Assembly: GCA_044226625.1 (NCBI GenBank)
Contig: JBGAGQ010000004.1
Span: 96,001-160,000 of the forward strand
From: Thermoanaerobaculia bacterium
Lineage (GTDB): Bacteria; Acidobacteriota; Thermoanaerobaculia; Multivoradales; UBA5704
Direction of reading: 5' to 3'
DNA length: 64,000 nt
Under the pieces are notes generated by a model. The model did no database searches and was not told the origin of the DNA. It saw only the letters and a program-made list of their open reading frames with translations. Positions 28,326 through 37,984 of this stretch are shown here, one piece after another; position 1 is the first letter of the stretch, and each line of letters begins with the position of its first letter. Both the position numbers and the translations under genes were made by a program.

Positions 28326-29027
28326 TCAGGCGCCCTCTTCGAATCGAGCGACGATCCGTTCGAACGTGAGCCCGCTCACCGTGGGCACCACCCGCTCCGC
28401 CAAGCGAAGCTCGCCCGCCGGATAGGTCTGCGCGACGCCGAGCGTCCGCAGCCCGGCTTCGGTCGCGGCGGAGAGCCCCGCCGGGCTGTCCTCGATCGCC
28501 AGCACCTCATGGGGATGGAACAGCCGGGACGGTAGGGGCGGCTCGGAGTTGAGGACGTCGAGCGCCTTGCGGTACCCCTCCGGATCGGGCTTCCCCTCGG
28601 CGACCCCCTCCGCGGCGACGATGACCTTGAAGAGATCGAAACAACCCGCCTGCCGGAGAGCCCCCTCGATCTCCTCCTGCAACGCCCCGGAGACCACCCC
28701 CAGCACGCAGCCCGCGGCGGAGGCCGACCGGATCAGCTCGACCGCACCGGGAAAAAGGGGATAACCCGACGCCCGCACCCGCTCCTGGTAGTAGCGCGCT
28801 TTCCGCGCGATGAGGCGCATCAGGCGGGTGTCCGTCGCCTCCTCCCCCGCCTCGGCGAGGACGGCCCCGAAACATCCGCGATCGTCGAAGCCGAGGAACC
28901 TCTGGTAGTAGTCCTCCGTCGTGAGCTCGATCCCCTCTTCGCCGAGAACCTTGGCGAACATCTCGAAATGGAGCGGCTCGTCGTCGACCAATACCCCGTT
29001 GAAATCGAAAAGGATGGCTCGAAACAC
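28326..29027 (-). CDS. HAD family phosphatase
   Basis: 'ILFDFNGVLVD', 'GKPDPEGY', 'IEDSPAG'. Confidence 0.9.
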   Translation of the reverse strand: MFRAILFDFNGVLVDDEPLHFEMFAKVLGEEGIELTTEDYYQRFLGFDDRGCFGAVLAEAGEEATDTRLMRLIARKARYYQERVRASGYPLFPGAVELIRSASAAGCVLGVVSGALQEEIEGALRQAGCFDLFKVIVAAEGVAEGKPDPEGYRKALDVLNSEPPLPSRLFHPHEVLAIEDSPAGLSAATEAGLRTLGVAQTYPAGELRLAERVVPTVSGLTFERIVARFEEGA

Positions 29028-29264
29028 GGCGCGATCATAACGCGCAGGGCTCCGGGTTCGGTGTCGCGGAATTTCGTCCGGAGGACACCACCAAGAGTGG
29101 GAAGAGATCCCGGCCGGGTGCTGTTCTCGCCCGTGACGCCGGCCACCGAGCCTCGGGGAGACCGGCGTCGGAGACCCGAGGGAGGCCGGCCCGCTTGCCA
29201 AGCGCGCGGCGCCTCCCGCAGAATCGTCGACCAGTTTGCGCGAGGCGCGCCCGAGGAGCACGAC

Positions 29265-29660
29265 ATGGAAACGACCCCAGCGACCTCAGAAAGTTCCGCC
29301 ACGGCCTCCCTCCCGGCCACCGATCCGGACGTTCCCGTGACGTTGACCAAGAAGGCCGCGGACATGATCCGCATCACGCGTGAACAGGAAGGTCTCGACC
29401 CGGCGAGCGGCCTGCGCATCGCGGTCCGCGGCGGCGGCTGTAGCGGCTTCGAGTATGCCCTCGACTTCGAGATGGAATCGCGGGCGAACGATTACGTCTA
29501 CGAGCAGCACGGAATCACCCTGTTCGTCGACTCCCTTTCGGGGCGTTATCTGGTGGGAACGAACATCGACTACGTGCTCGGCGCGACCGGGGCGGGGTTC
29601 AAGTTCAACAACCCCAACGCCAAGGGGAGCTGCGGCTGCGGTTCCTCGTTCGCGGTCTGA
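29265..29660 (+). CDS. HesB/IscA/ErpA iron-sulfur cluster assembly protein
   Basis: 'GGGCSGFEY' and 'NPNAKGSCGCGSSF'. Confidence 0.95.
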   Translation: METTPATSESSATASLPATDPDVPVTLTKKAADMIRITREQEGLDPASGLRIAVRGGGCSGFEYALDFEMESRANDYVYEQHGITLFVDSLSGRYLVGTNIDYVLGATGAGFKFNNPNAKGSCGCGSSFAV

Positions 29661-29738
29661 GGACGCCGCCCGAGTCAGTCCGTCGTTACGGGCTGGCGAG
29701 CGGCCGGGGCCTCGAAGGTCGCCTCCGCCGCTGGTAGA

Positions 29739-30716
29739 TCAAAGAAACGGCAGGTCCACCACTTCGGCCGCGGAACCGTCCGGCAGCGAGAGCCGGGTCC
29801 CCGCGGCCGACGCCCTTTTGTGGACCATCGCGAGGCCGATCGAACCGCACCGGGGCGATCTCGTCGTGCTGCCCACCCGCCCGGCCTCCCGCCCTTCGTG
29901 TTCCAGAACCGCGCCGCTCGGAGGAATATCCCGTTCGAACCGGACACCGCGGAGCGAGCGCTGCACGCCCCCTCGATAGTGGATGCGGGCGACGACTTCC
30001 TGGCCGAGGTAGCAGCCCTTGGTGTAGGAGACGGCCGCCTCCTCCTGCCCGGTCTCTTGGGGAAAGTTGTCCGCCCCGAAATCGACGCCGAACCGCGGGA
30101 TGCCCGCCTCGACCCGGAGCGCCTCCAGGTCCTCGCCGTCGATCGGTCGGGCACCCCGCGCGATCCACGCTCCCCGCAGCCGTTCGGCCGAGGCGGTCTC
30201 GACCCAGGCGACGGCGGCGGGCGCGCCCAGCCGCGGATGGCGACCGAGCTCGACCGTCACCCCCTCGACCTCCACCTCGCCGTGGCCCCAATCCGACGCG
30301 GGCAACGCGCCGAGCTCCGGCAGGATCGAATCGAGGCCGGCATCGAGCCTGGAACCGAGGAGTGCGATCGCCGTGCGATCGGGCACCGACCGGATCTCGA
30401 CCCGATCGGCGATCACGTACTTCTGCAGGTGAGCCGCCATCTCCGCGCCCAAGCCCGCCGGCAGGTCGAGGTGTAAGCGGTCCGCCGAGGCGAGGAGGAC
30501 GAAATCGCAGAGCACTTTCCCCTGGCCCGAGGTGAAGAACCCGTAGCGTCCGTCCCCCGCCGCGAGCCCTTTGACGTCGCAGGTGACCAGACCGTGCAGG
30601 AAGCGCTGGCGGTCGGCGCCGACGAGCTCGAGTAGGTCTCGGTCGAGCGCGACGAGGGCGACCCCGGTCTTCGGGGCCCCATCGTTCGGGTGGACCGCTT
30701 CCAGCGAGGGGCTCAT
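29739..30716 (-). CDS. ygfZ: YgfZ/GcvT-like folate-binding protein
   Basis: Signature 'KGCYLGQEVVAR'. Confidence 0.9.
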   Translation of the reverse strand: MSPSLEAVHPNDGAPKTGVALVALDRDLLELVGADRQRFLHGLVTCDVKGLAAGDGRYGFFTSGQGKVLCDFVLLASADRLHLDLPAGLGAEMAAHLQKYVIADRVEIRSVPDRTAIALLGSRLDAGLDSILPELGALPASDWGHGEVEVEGVTVELGRHPRLGAPAAVAWVETASAERLRGAWIARGARPIDGEDLEALRVEAGIPRFGVDFGADNFPQETGQEEAAVSYTKGCYLGQEVVARIHYRGGVQRSLRGVRFERDIPPSGAVLEHEGREAGRVGSTTRSPRCGSIGLAMVHKRASAAGTRLSLPDGSAAEVVDLPFL

Positions 30717-31555
30717 GACGCTCCGGCCGCGCCGTCTAGCGCGTACGGCACGCATTCCTGCCGGGGATAGAGGTGGCGCCCCTGCTCGGCGAAGCCGCCG
30801 AGCGCTTCGTGCCAACGGAGCTGGGAGACGACGATCTTCCGATCGTCGAAGCTGATCCAATTGCAGGTGTTCTTCTCGCGCTCGGCGGCACGGCCGCGGC
30901 TCGAGGTCGTGGTCCCGGTATGGACGATCAGCACCGGAGGGCGCCCCTCGGAGTAAAACTCCTCGGAGCTCGCGATGAACGATTGGTGCTGGTGGCCGGA
31001 AAGGACCAGATCGACGCCGGCGCGGGAGAACAGATCGATCGCCTCGAAGGCGTTCGCGAGCACCCGCTGGCTGCCGAAGTTCGGGGGCGGCACCAGGTGA
31101 TGATGCACGGTCACCACTTTAAAGACGCTCTCCGGAGTCGCGGCGAACAGGTCCCGGACCTCCAGAAGGCGCCGCAAGCGGATCCGGCCGTCTTTCCGGG
31201 TCCAGTTGAACGCGGAGTTGATCCCCACCACCAGGAGCGAGTCGTCACGATAGACCGGCTCGAGCTCGGGCGAGAAATGCTTCGCGTAGGCCCCAAAAGG
31301 ATCGAACGCTCGCTCCCAAACACGCCAAAGCGGCACGTCGTGGTTGCCGGGAATGGCGATCGACGGCACCGGCAGGCGGTCGACGAAGGCGCGGGCGGCG
31401 CGAAACTGCTCGGCCTTCGCGCGTTGGGTGAGATCCCCGGAGATCACGACCAGGTCCGGGCGCCGAGCCTCGACCAAGGCGTGGACGCCCGCGGCGACCC
31501 GGGGCAGGTGCTTGGGTCCGAAATGGACGTCCGAGATGTGGAGAAGCGACCGCAC
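30713..31555 (-). CDS. Metallophosphoesterase (calcineurin-like)
   Basis: 'HISDVHFG', 'SGDLT', 'PGNHD', 'LSGHQH'. Confidence 0.9.
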   Translation of the reverse strand: MRSLLHISDVHFGPKHLPRVAAGVHALVEARRPDLVVISGDLTQRAKAEQFRAARAFVDRLPVPSIAIPGNHDVPLWRVWERAFDPFGAYAKHFSPELEPVYRDDSLLVVGINSAFNWTRKDGRIRLRRLLEVRDLFAATPESVFKVVTVHHHLVPPPNFGSQRVLANAFEAIDLFSRAGVDLVLSGHQHQSFIASSEEFYSEGRPPVLIVHTGTTTSSRGRAAEREKNTCNWISFDDRKIVVSQLRWHEALGGFAEQGRHLYPRQECVPYALDGAAGAS

Positions 31556-31566
31556 GCCGGAATCGT

Positions 31567-31827
31567 TCAGGCCCGGCTTCGATCCGCGAAATTGTCGCCC
31601 AGGAACTCACTGCCGATTCGCGCGGCCTGCTCGGCGGCGATGCCAGAGAGAGCCGCGACCATCGCGGTCCCCTTGTACCGGCCCAGGAGATAACCGCCGG
31701 CCGCGGCGACCAGCAGCGCGGGGATCGGATAGGCGCGCACGAGACGCTCCCATTCCCCCGGCAGGATGTCGTCGACCAGCTCGTCGAGGCGCGAGCGCTC
31801 GCGGTTCGGGGTGTCGGAATCGGACAT
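31567..31827 (-). CDS. Small hypothetical protein with TM segment
   Basis: RBS GAGGAGG; 'VRAYPIPALLVAAAGGYLLGR' resembles an ElaB-like tail. Confidence 0.65.
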   Translation of the reverse strand: MSDSDTPNRERSRLDELVDDILPGEWERLVRAYPIPALLVAAAGGYLLGRYKGTAMVAALSGIAAEQAARIGSEFLGDNFADRSRA

Positions 31828-31964
31828 CAAAGCCTCCTCTTGAGCGCGGGATCCGGCCGGGCGAAGACGAACTTGCGCCCGCGATCTTACCCCGCACGGA
31901 AAGAACGCGGCGCCCACTGCGAGCGCCGCGTTCGGGAACCTCTTGCGCGCCGAGCGCGCGGATG

Positions 31965-32366
31965 TCAGTCGTCGTCGCGCGACCGGCGGACCAGGAGGCC
32001 CACCAGGAAGCCGACGCCCGCGGCGATCAGGATCGACTTGCCGGGATTGTCGCGTACGTACTCGTTCGCCTGCGAGGTCACGTCGGACATGTTCGAGCGG
32101 ACCTTGGCGTAGGTGCGGCGCGCGCCTTCGGCGGTCTCCTCGTACCGCTCCCGAGCCACGCGCGCTCCGCGGGCGAGCTCGCGGCGCGCTCGGTCGGCGC
32201 CTTCGCGTACGTCGTCGGAAAGCTTGCGGTATTTCTCCTGCACACCGTCGGAAAAGCGGCTCGCGCGGCGACGCGCGTCGTCGAGGCCGCCCTCGACGAC
32301 TTCGCGCACCGAGTCGACGGCACCTTCCAGGTGGTCCTTGACGTCGGTTAGATCTTTGCTGGCCAT
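31965..32366 (-). CDS. DUF883/ElaB/YqjD family membrane-anchored protein
   Basis: Helical N-terminus and 'YVRDNPGKSILIAAGVGFLVGLLVRR'. Confidence 0.85.
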   Translation of the reverse strand: MASKDLTDVKDHLEGAVDSVREVVEGGLDDARRRASRFSDGVQEKYRKLSDDVREGADRARRELARGARVARERYEETAEGARRTYAKVRSNMSDVTSQANEYVRDNPGKSILIAAGVGFLVGLLVRRSRDDD

Positions 32367-32532
32367 TCGGTTTCCTCCTTCTGGCTGACTCGTTCGGTCC
32401 GTTCGATGCCCCAAAACGTCCGATCGGGGGCTTCTTCTCTCTGGTGAGCAGGAACCATGCCGACCGGCATCCGGTCGTCCTGCCGCCCTCCAGCGCAAAG
32501 CGATCCGACAGGTTAGACTCATCCTTGGAAAA

Positions 32533-33927
32533 ATGGCAACCGTCACATTTCACGGCGCCTGTGGCTGCGTCACCGGCAGCTCGACCGAGCTCGCCTGGAG
32601 CGGACGGCGGCTGCTCGTCGATTGCGGCCTGTACCAGGGGGACGACGACCTCGAGCAGCGCAATTGGCGAAGCTTTCCGTTCCCCCCTCACGAAATCGAC
32701 GCGGTGATCGTCACGCACGCCCACCTCGACCACACGGGCCTGTTGCCGCGTCTGGTCGCGCAAGGGTTCTCCGGAACCATCTATTGCACGAAGCCGAGCC
32801 GCGCCCTGATCTCCCTGGTGCTCCAGGACGCGGCGACCCTCCAGGAGGAACAGGCCCGATTCGCCGCTAAGAAGGGCTATAGCCGGCACCCGAAACCCGA
32901 GGCCCTCTATCGGGTCGAGGACGCGCGGCGCACCCTGCGCCTACTGCAAACTTTGCCGTTCGACGAGCCGCACGAGATCTTTCCGGGCATCGTCTTGCGC
33001 TATCGCCGTTCCGGCCATTTGCTGGGTGCCGCGACGGTCGAGATCACCGCGAAAGGTACCGAGGGGCGGCGCGACACCTGGTGTTTCTCGGGCGACGTCG
33101 GGCGTTTCGGCGTGCCGATCTTGCGCGATCCGGAGCCGCCGATCGCGGCCCCCTCGACGCTCGTCCTCGAATCGACGTACGGCGACCGCTTCCATCCCCA
33201 AGAAGACCCGAAGGCGCGGCTGGGCGACACGATCGAGCGGACGTTCGCGCGCGGCGGCACGGTGATAGTTCCCGCCTTCTCGCTGGGACGATCCCAGGAG
33301 CTGCTCTACCACCTGACGGAGCTCGCCGACGAGGGGCGACTTCCCGCCGACTCGGTTTTCCTCGACAGCCCGATGGCGATCGACGCCACGGACGCTTACG
33401 GCCACGCCGAGAGCGAGCACGACGAGGAGCTCGTCCGACGGATCGACGCGGGAGACGATCCGTTCGCGGTGGGGCGGTTCGCGCGCTGCCGAACGGTGAG
33501 CCAGTCGAAAGCCCTGAACGTGAGGACCGAGCCGGCGGTGATCGTGGCCGGCAGCGGCATGGCCAACGGCGGTCGGGTGGTCCACCACCTTCTGCACCGG
33601 CTGAGCGATCCTCGCAACACGGTGATCTTCGCCGGCTTCCAGGCCGCGGGAACGCGTGGCCGAGCGCTGGTCGAGGGGGCGGCCAGCGTCGGCATCCAGG
33701 GCAACCCCGTCCCGGTGCGCGCCGAGATCGTCCAGCTCCAGGGGCTCTCCGCGCACGCCGATCAGGCCGAGCTGCTGCGATGGGTCGCCGCCCTCCCGGC
33801 GGCCCCCGGCCGGATCTACCTCAATCATGGCGAGGACCCGCAGCGGAAAGCGCTCGCGGCGGCCCTTACCGCCGCGGGCACCGTCCGCCCCGATCTTCCG
33901 CTGCCGGAGGAGAGCGTGCCGTGGTAG
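32533..33927 (+). CDS. MBL-fold beta-CASP ribonuclease
   Basis: 'THAHLDHTG', 'GHLLG', 'SGD', 'ESTYG', 'SAHAD', 'HGE'. Confidence 0.92.
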   Translation: MATVTFHGACGCVTGSSTELAWSGRRLLVDCGLYQGDDDLEQRNWRSFPFPPHEIDAVIVTHAHLDHTGLLPRLVAQGFSGTIYCTKPSRALISLVLQDAATLQEEQARFAAKKGYSRHPKPEALYRVEDARRTLRLLQTLPFDEPHEIFPGIVLRYRRSGHLLGAATVEITAKGTEGRRDTWCFSGDVGRFGVPILRDPEPPIAAPSTLVLESTYGDRFHPQEDPKARLGDTIERTFARGGTVIVPAFSLGRSQELLYHLTELADEGRLPADSVFLDSPMAIDATDAYGHAESEHDEELVRRIDAGDDPFAVGRFARCRTVSQSKALNVRTEPAVIVAGSGMANGGRVVHHLLHRLSDPRNTVIFAGFQAAGTRGRALVEGAASVGIQGNPVPVRAEIVQLQGLSAHADQAELLRWVAALPAAPGRIYLNHGEDPQRKALAAALTAAGTVRPDLPLPEESVPW

Positions 33928-35219
33928 CCGGCGAGCCCCCGGCCCAACTCCCGCGCGAGCAGCCATCGTTTCCCGCGCGGATCGCGAGATTTTTCGGTCT
34001 TTCGCTGCGCCAGGCCAACGAGGATTCGATCCTGCTCACGGCGTCGGCGCTCGCCTTCGTCACCGTGCTGTCGCTGATCCCTTTGCTCGCCGCGCTCTCC
34101 TATGTCGGCGCCCGGGTCTTCAGCCAGTACCAGCAGAGAAGCTTCGAGGTCTTCGTCCAGATCCTCCCCTACGCGGAAAAGCCGATCACCGACAAGCTGG
34201 CGGAGTTCCTCGCCCAGGCCCGCGCGCTCCACGGGTTCGGGGTGGCGGCGTTCTTCATCACCGCGATGATGGTCTTTTCGACCATCGAACGGACGATCAA
34301 CCGGATCTGGAACGTCGCCCGTCACCGGCCTATCCGTGTGCGCCTCGCCACCTACCTGCTGCTCATGTTCTGGGGACCGGCGCTGCTCGCGGCGACGTTC
34401 TCGAGCCTGATCCTCCTGCGGCAGAGCCCGGCGCTCCGGCAGCTGGTCCAGCGTTCGGTGCTGCTCGGCATGCTGCCGTTCACGGCGGCCCTGGTCGGGC
34501 TGGTCATGCTCTACTGGTTCGTGCCTTACACGCCGGTGCGGTTTCGCAACGCGCTCGCCGGCGCGCTCGTCGCGGCGATCCTCCTCGAGCTCCTCCGCTT
34601 CGGTTTCGGCCTCTACGTCGACTTCTTCCGCAACGTCAGCGCGGTCTACGGGAGCTTCGCTTTCGCGCTGCTCTTCATGCTCTCGATCGAGCTGACCTGG
34701 GCGATCATCCTGTACGGCGCCGAGGTGGCCTACACGGCGCAGCATTTCCACATCCTCTCCCTCGGCCTCTACCGACATCCGCCCATGCAAGCCGCCTGGG
34801 TGGGGCTCGCCGCGATCGCGGTCATCTCGGGACGGTTCATCCGCGGCGAAAAGAGCCTCACGGAGGACGAGCTCGCCTCCCGTCTCAAGGTTTCGCCCGG
34901 CGAGCTCGACCGGGTGCTGAACCCGCTGCTCACCCACGATCTCCTCCGACGGACCCAGGCCGGCGAGCCCGGCTACCTGCTCGCCGCCGATCCGCACGAG
35001 ATCTCTCTCGATCAGGTTTTCCAGGCCTACGATCACCGGGCCCGGCGTGCCGTCCAGCCGCTCGCCCTCGACCTGCGGCGCCGGCTGGAGGCGCTCGTCG
35101 ACGGCACCGCGACCACCCGAGAAAGCGCCCTAGGAAAGACCACCGTCGCGGATCTCCTGCGGACCGACGAAGAGACGCTGACGCTGCTCCCCGCGCTGTC
35201 GGCCACCCCGAAGACCTGA
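33921..35219 (+). CDS. YihY/BrkB family inner membrane protein with C-terminal HTH
   Basis: 'ASALAFVTVLSLIP', 'IERTINRIW', 'VYGSFA', 'YGAEVAY'; Rrf2-like C-terminal tail. Confidence 0.88.
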   Translation: MVAGEPPAQLPREQPSFPARIARFFGLSLRQANEDSILLTASALAFVTVLSLIPLLAALSYVGARVFSQYQQRSFEVFVQILPYAEKPITDKLAEFLAQARALHGFGVAAFFITAMMVFSTIERTINRIWNVARHRPIRVRLATYLLLMFWGPALLAATFSSLILLRQSPALRQLVQRSVLLGMLPFTAALVGLVMLYWFVPYTPVRFRNALAGALVAAILLELLRFGFGLYVDFFRNVSAVYGSFAFALLFMLSIELTWAIILYGAEVAYTAQHFHILSLGLYRHPPMQAAWVGLAAIAVISGRFIRGEKSLTEDELASRLKVSPGELDRVLNPLLTHDLLRRTQAGEPGYLLAADPHEISLDQVFQAYDHRARRAVQPLALDLRRRLEALVDGTATTRESALGKTTVADLLRTDEETLTLLPALSATPKT

Positions 35220-35574
35220 CCGCTTCCGGCGCGGGCGATCTCCGCGGACCGGGCCGGGCGGGGTTTTCTTCCCGATCCCAGTCCCGAATCCGGTCTCGGC
35301 CCGGATCGACCGCCCTTTGCGTTCAGGATCGGCCATGCGGTGAGTCGGAGGCGGAGGCTTCCGAGCTTCCTACCTCTCGGTGAGGGAGCGCCGTTGCGCC
35401 CGCTCCGCCCAAGAGCGGCAAGGAAGGGCCGTTCCTAGCTCGGAGCGTAGGTCCGGGTCGCCGGATGTTCCGGGCGAGGGTGGAAATCGATTGCCGGGGC
35501 GCCGCTTCGCTGGGCTCGTGCCAGGGCGGAGGGGGTGCCCAAAGACGCTCTTGGTTAGAGCGTTCGTGCCAATG

Positions 35575-35605
35575 AAAACGGGCCGAGGGTTGCCCCTCGG
35601 CCCGT
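35575..35605 (-). terminator. Rho-independent terminator of 35643..36941
   Basis: 12-bp perfect stem ACGGGCCGAGGG/CCCTCGGCCCGT followed by a T-run on the minus strand. Confidence 0.8.
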
Positions 35606-35642
35606 GGTGCTTTCGGTTCGGCCGGCGAACCGGCCGTTCCGG

Positions 35643-36941
35643 TTAGCCGATCAGACGATGGCTGGCGGCGCAGGCGCTGTCGAGCTGGATGGCGTCGAAT
35701 CCGACGCTGAACCGGCCCGAAGCATCCATGACAACCGTCACCCAAGCCTGAGCAGCCGCCGGATCCTCCGGCGGATTGCTTCCCGCCGCGGCGACCGTCG
35801 TGTTCAGGTTCAGGAAGATCCAGCCGAAGTCGAACGACACCGGGAAGTCCTCACCGTCCACGTCCGTGCGCTGGGCCTCGGCCGGGAACGGAATCAGGAA
35901 GTCGCCCGGAGGCGGCGGCGAGAACGGCGGAACCTGCTGAAGCTCCGGATTCTCCATCTCGTCGAAGATCACGATCTGCTCTTCGCCGAGCGGATACCAC
36001 GCCGGAAGCGTGCCGCACTTGAACGCGTTCTGGTCGACCTTCGAGTCGCGCCACACGACGTAGTTCGTACCGCCGGTGAACGCACCGCCGTTGATGTAGC
36101 GAGCGGCGAAGTTGGTCGTGAGCGGCTCGCGGTTGTCCGCCGCCGTCCAGTTCACGTAACGACCGTAGAAGGTGTACTGGCCCGGGACCGAGGTCTCCGG
36201 ATTCAAGCCGTCCGCCTGGATGTGGACGAGCGTCTCACCCTGAGCGAAGTTCTCGCCCGAGTTGACGTAGAAGTAGTCGCCCCACAGCACGTTCTGGTTC
36301 GTCGCGTCGCCCGAACCGCCGGACACGAAGTAGCCGGCGTCACCCGGGAAGCGCAGGGTGCAGTTGTTGACCGTGTCGACCGTGATGTAGCCACGGGCGA
36401 TGTTGTCGCCGAAGGCGCGGCCGGCGCAGCCGTTGAGGATGGCCGAGAACTGGCCCGTGTGCGACGCACGGAGGTGGGTCACGAACGAAGCCGGAACCGC
36501 GGGCGGCGGCAGCTGGCCGTTGCAGCTCGCGAAGTTGATGTCCTGCGAGAAGGCGCCGTGGTGGCTGATGGTGTCACCCGGGTCCTGACCCGCCGACGCG
36601 GTGCGCGGCACCGTGCCGTTGAAGATGTCGCGGATGCTGATGGTCTGGACGTCGTAGCCCGTCAGGTAGATGTTGAAGTCGAAGGTCGGGACCGACAGGT
36701 CCGACCAGAGGACGACGTGGGCGAGAACCGCCGTCGCCGAGGCGTTGTTGATCGAGAACAGCGTGTTGATGCCGTCGGCGCTGTTCAGGTCGACTTCGAA
36801 GTACGGCAGCAGCAGGGTCGCCGCCGGCGAATCTTCGATCGTGCAGATGAACGGCGGGCCGTTCACCCCGGCGGCTTGAGCCTGAAGGCCCGCCGCCCCG
36901 ACCGCTGCGAGCAGCAGGCCGAATACCAAAATCTTCTTCAT
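35643..36941 (-). CDS. Secreted Cys-containing hypothetical protein ('PAATLLLPYFEVD' type)
   Basis: Signal peptide, RBS GGAGGAG, strongly C/G-ending codons, own terminator. Confidence 0.8.
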   Translation of the reverse strand: MKKILVFGLLLAAVGAAGLQAQAAGVNGPPFICTIEDSPAATLLLPYFEVDLNSADGINTLFSINNASATAVLAHVVLWSDLSVPTFDFNIYLTGYDVQTISIRDIFNGTVPRTASAGQDPGDTISHHGAFSQDINFASCNGQLPPPAVPASFVTHLRASHTGQFSAILNGCAGRAFGDNIARGYITVDTVNNCTLRFPGDAGYFVSGGSGDATNQNVLWGDYFYVNSGENFAQGETLVHIQADGLNPETSVPGQYTFYGRYVNWTAADNREPLTTNFAARYINGGAFTGGTNYVVWRDSKVDQNAFKCGTLPAWYPLGEEQIVIFDEMENPELQQVPPFSPPPPGDFLIPFPAEAQRTDVDGEDFPVSFDFGWIFLNLNTTVAAAGSNPPEDPAAAQAWVTVVMDASGRFSVGFDAIQLDSACAASHRLIG

Positions 36942-37124
36942 CGTTCGTCTCCTCCGATATCGGCGTAGGGCGAGAGGGAAGACACATCCCTCCTAAATGC
37001 CCGACTCCAGGATTGGTGGTCTACTGAAACTGCACCGTAGCTTAGCGCGGAAAATGTCAGAAGGCCATGGAAAAATCAACCCCCCGAGAACTTTACCGGG
37101 ATTCCGCCCCTCCGGTCGCCGCGC

Positions 37125-37153
37125 TTGCCCTCGACCGATCACCTCTGTACAAT
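37125..37153 (+). promoter_or_regulatory. Sigma70-type promoter of the tRNA
   Basis: TTGCCC-N17-TACAAT, 18 nt upstream of the tRNA. Confidence 0.7.
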
Positions 37154-37171
37154 CCGCGGCCTCCCGCCCGT

Positions 37172-37247
37172 GGGGCAGTAGCTCAGCTGGGAGAGCACCA
37201 CGTTCGCAACGTGGGGGTCGAGGGTTCGAATCCCTTCTGCTCCACCA
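37172..37247 (+). tRNA. tRNA-Ala (anticodon CGC)
   Basis: 76-nt cloverleaf; anticodon arm CCACG-TTCGCAA-CGTGG; GTTCGAATC T-arm; G3:U70 pair; encoded CCA. Confidence 0.97.
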
Positions 37248-37465
37248 TTACTCGCTTCGCTCGTTTCTGGCGGAGCCGAAGGGCTTCGGTCGCGGCGGCC
37301 TCGCCTTTGGCTCGGCCGCCTTGGTGCGAATGCCCAGGTTTAGGCACTCTCCGGACGACAAATTGAACATTTTTGGCTCGTTCCCTGGGGCCAAGGCTCG
37401 CTTAGAAGGTAGATTGCTCCTCCTAGGCCTGCGCTGCGGCGGCGTGGTTCGTCCTGGAACATTCA

Positions 37466-37981
37466 ATGCGCGTTGAACGGCAGATCGAGCTCCTGGATGG
37501 GGAGCGGTTGGCTTTGCTCGAGTGGGTGGAAGGCCTTCCCTTGGATCGGATCTCTCGGCGGCCGGGGGCGGGGAAGTGGTCGATCCTGGAGATCGTCGAG
37601 CACCTGGTGGCGGCGCAACGGGTGGTTTTTATGGACTTTCCGCCTCTGGAGAGCCTGGTCGCGCGGCGGCCTTGGCTCAAGCAGCGGTTTGCTTATCGGG
37701 CGGTTTGGTTCGTGCTGAGGTTCAAGATTCGGGTAAAGGCGCCGTCTCCGAAAATGCTGCCTCAGGGGGAGAAGTCGCTCGGGGAGCTGCGGACGGATTG
37801 GGACCGGGGCTTGGCGCGGATTCGGTCGTATGCCGCCGAGATGGGGGCGGATGGAGCGCGGCGGGCCCTGTTTCGGCATCCGATCGCCGGGCCGATCAGC
37901 CTGACGCAGGCGGTCGCGCTCGACCGGCTGCACGTGGCGGATCACCGGGCGCAGATCGAGCGCCTGGCAGCCGAAGGGTAG
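37466..37981 (+). CDS. DinB_2 family protein
   Basis: 'GKWSILEIVEHL', 'FRHPIAG', 'H..DH..QI'. Confidence 0.85.
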   Translation: MRVERQIELLDGERLALLEWVEGLPLDRISRRPGAGKWSILEIVEHLVAAQRVVFMDFPPLESLVARRPWLKQRFAYRAVWFVLRFKIRVKAPSPKMLPQGEKSLGELRTDWDRGLARIRSYAAEMGADGARRALFRHPIAGPISLTQAVALDRLHVADHRAQIERLAAEG

Positions 37982-37984
37982 AGC

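Noticed and set aside
37172-37247. Prophage or integrative element at tRNA-Ala
   Set aside because: No integrase, phage genes or duplicated tRNA 3' end seen in the window.
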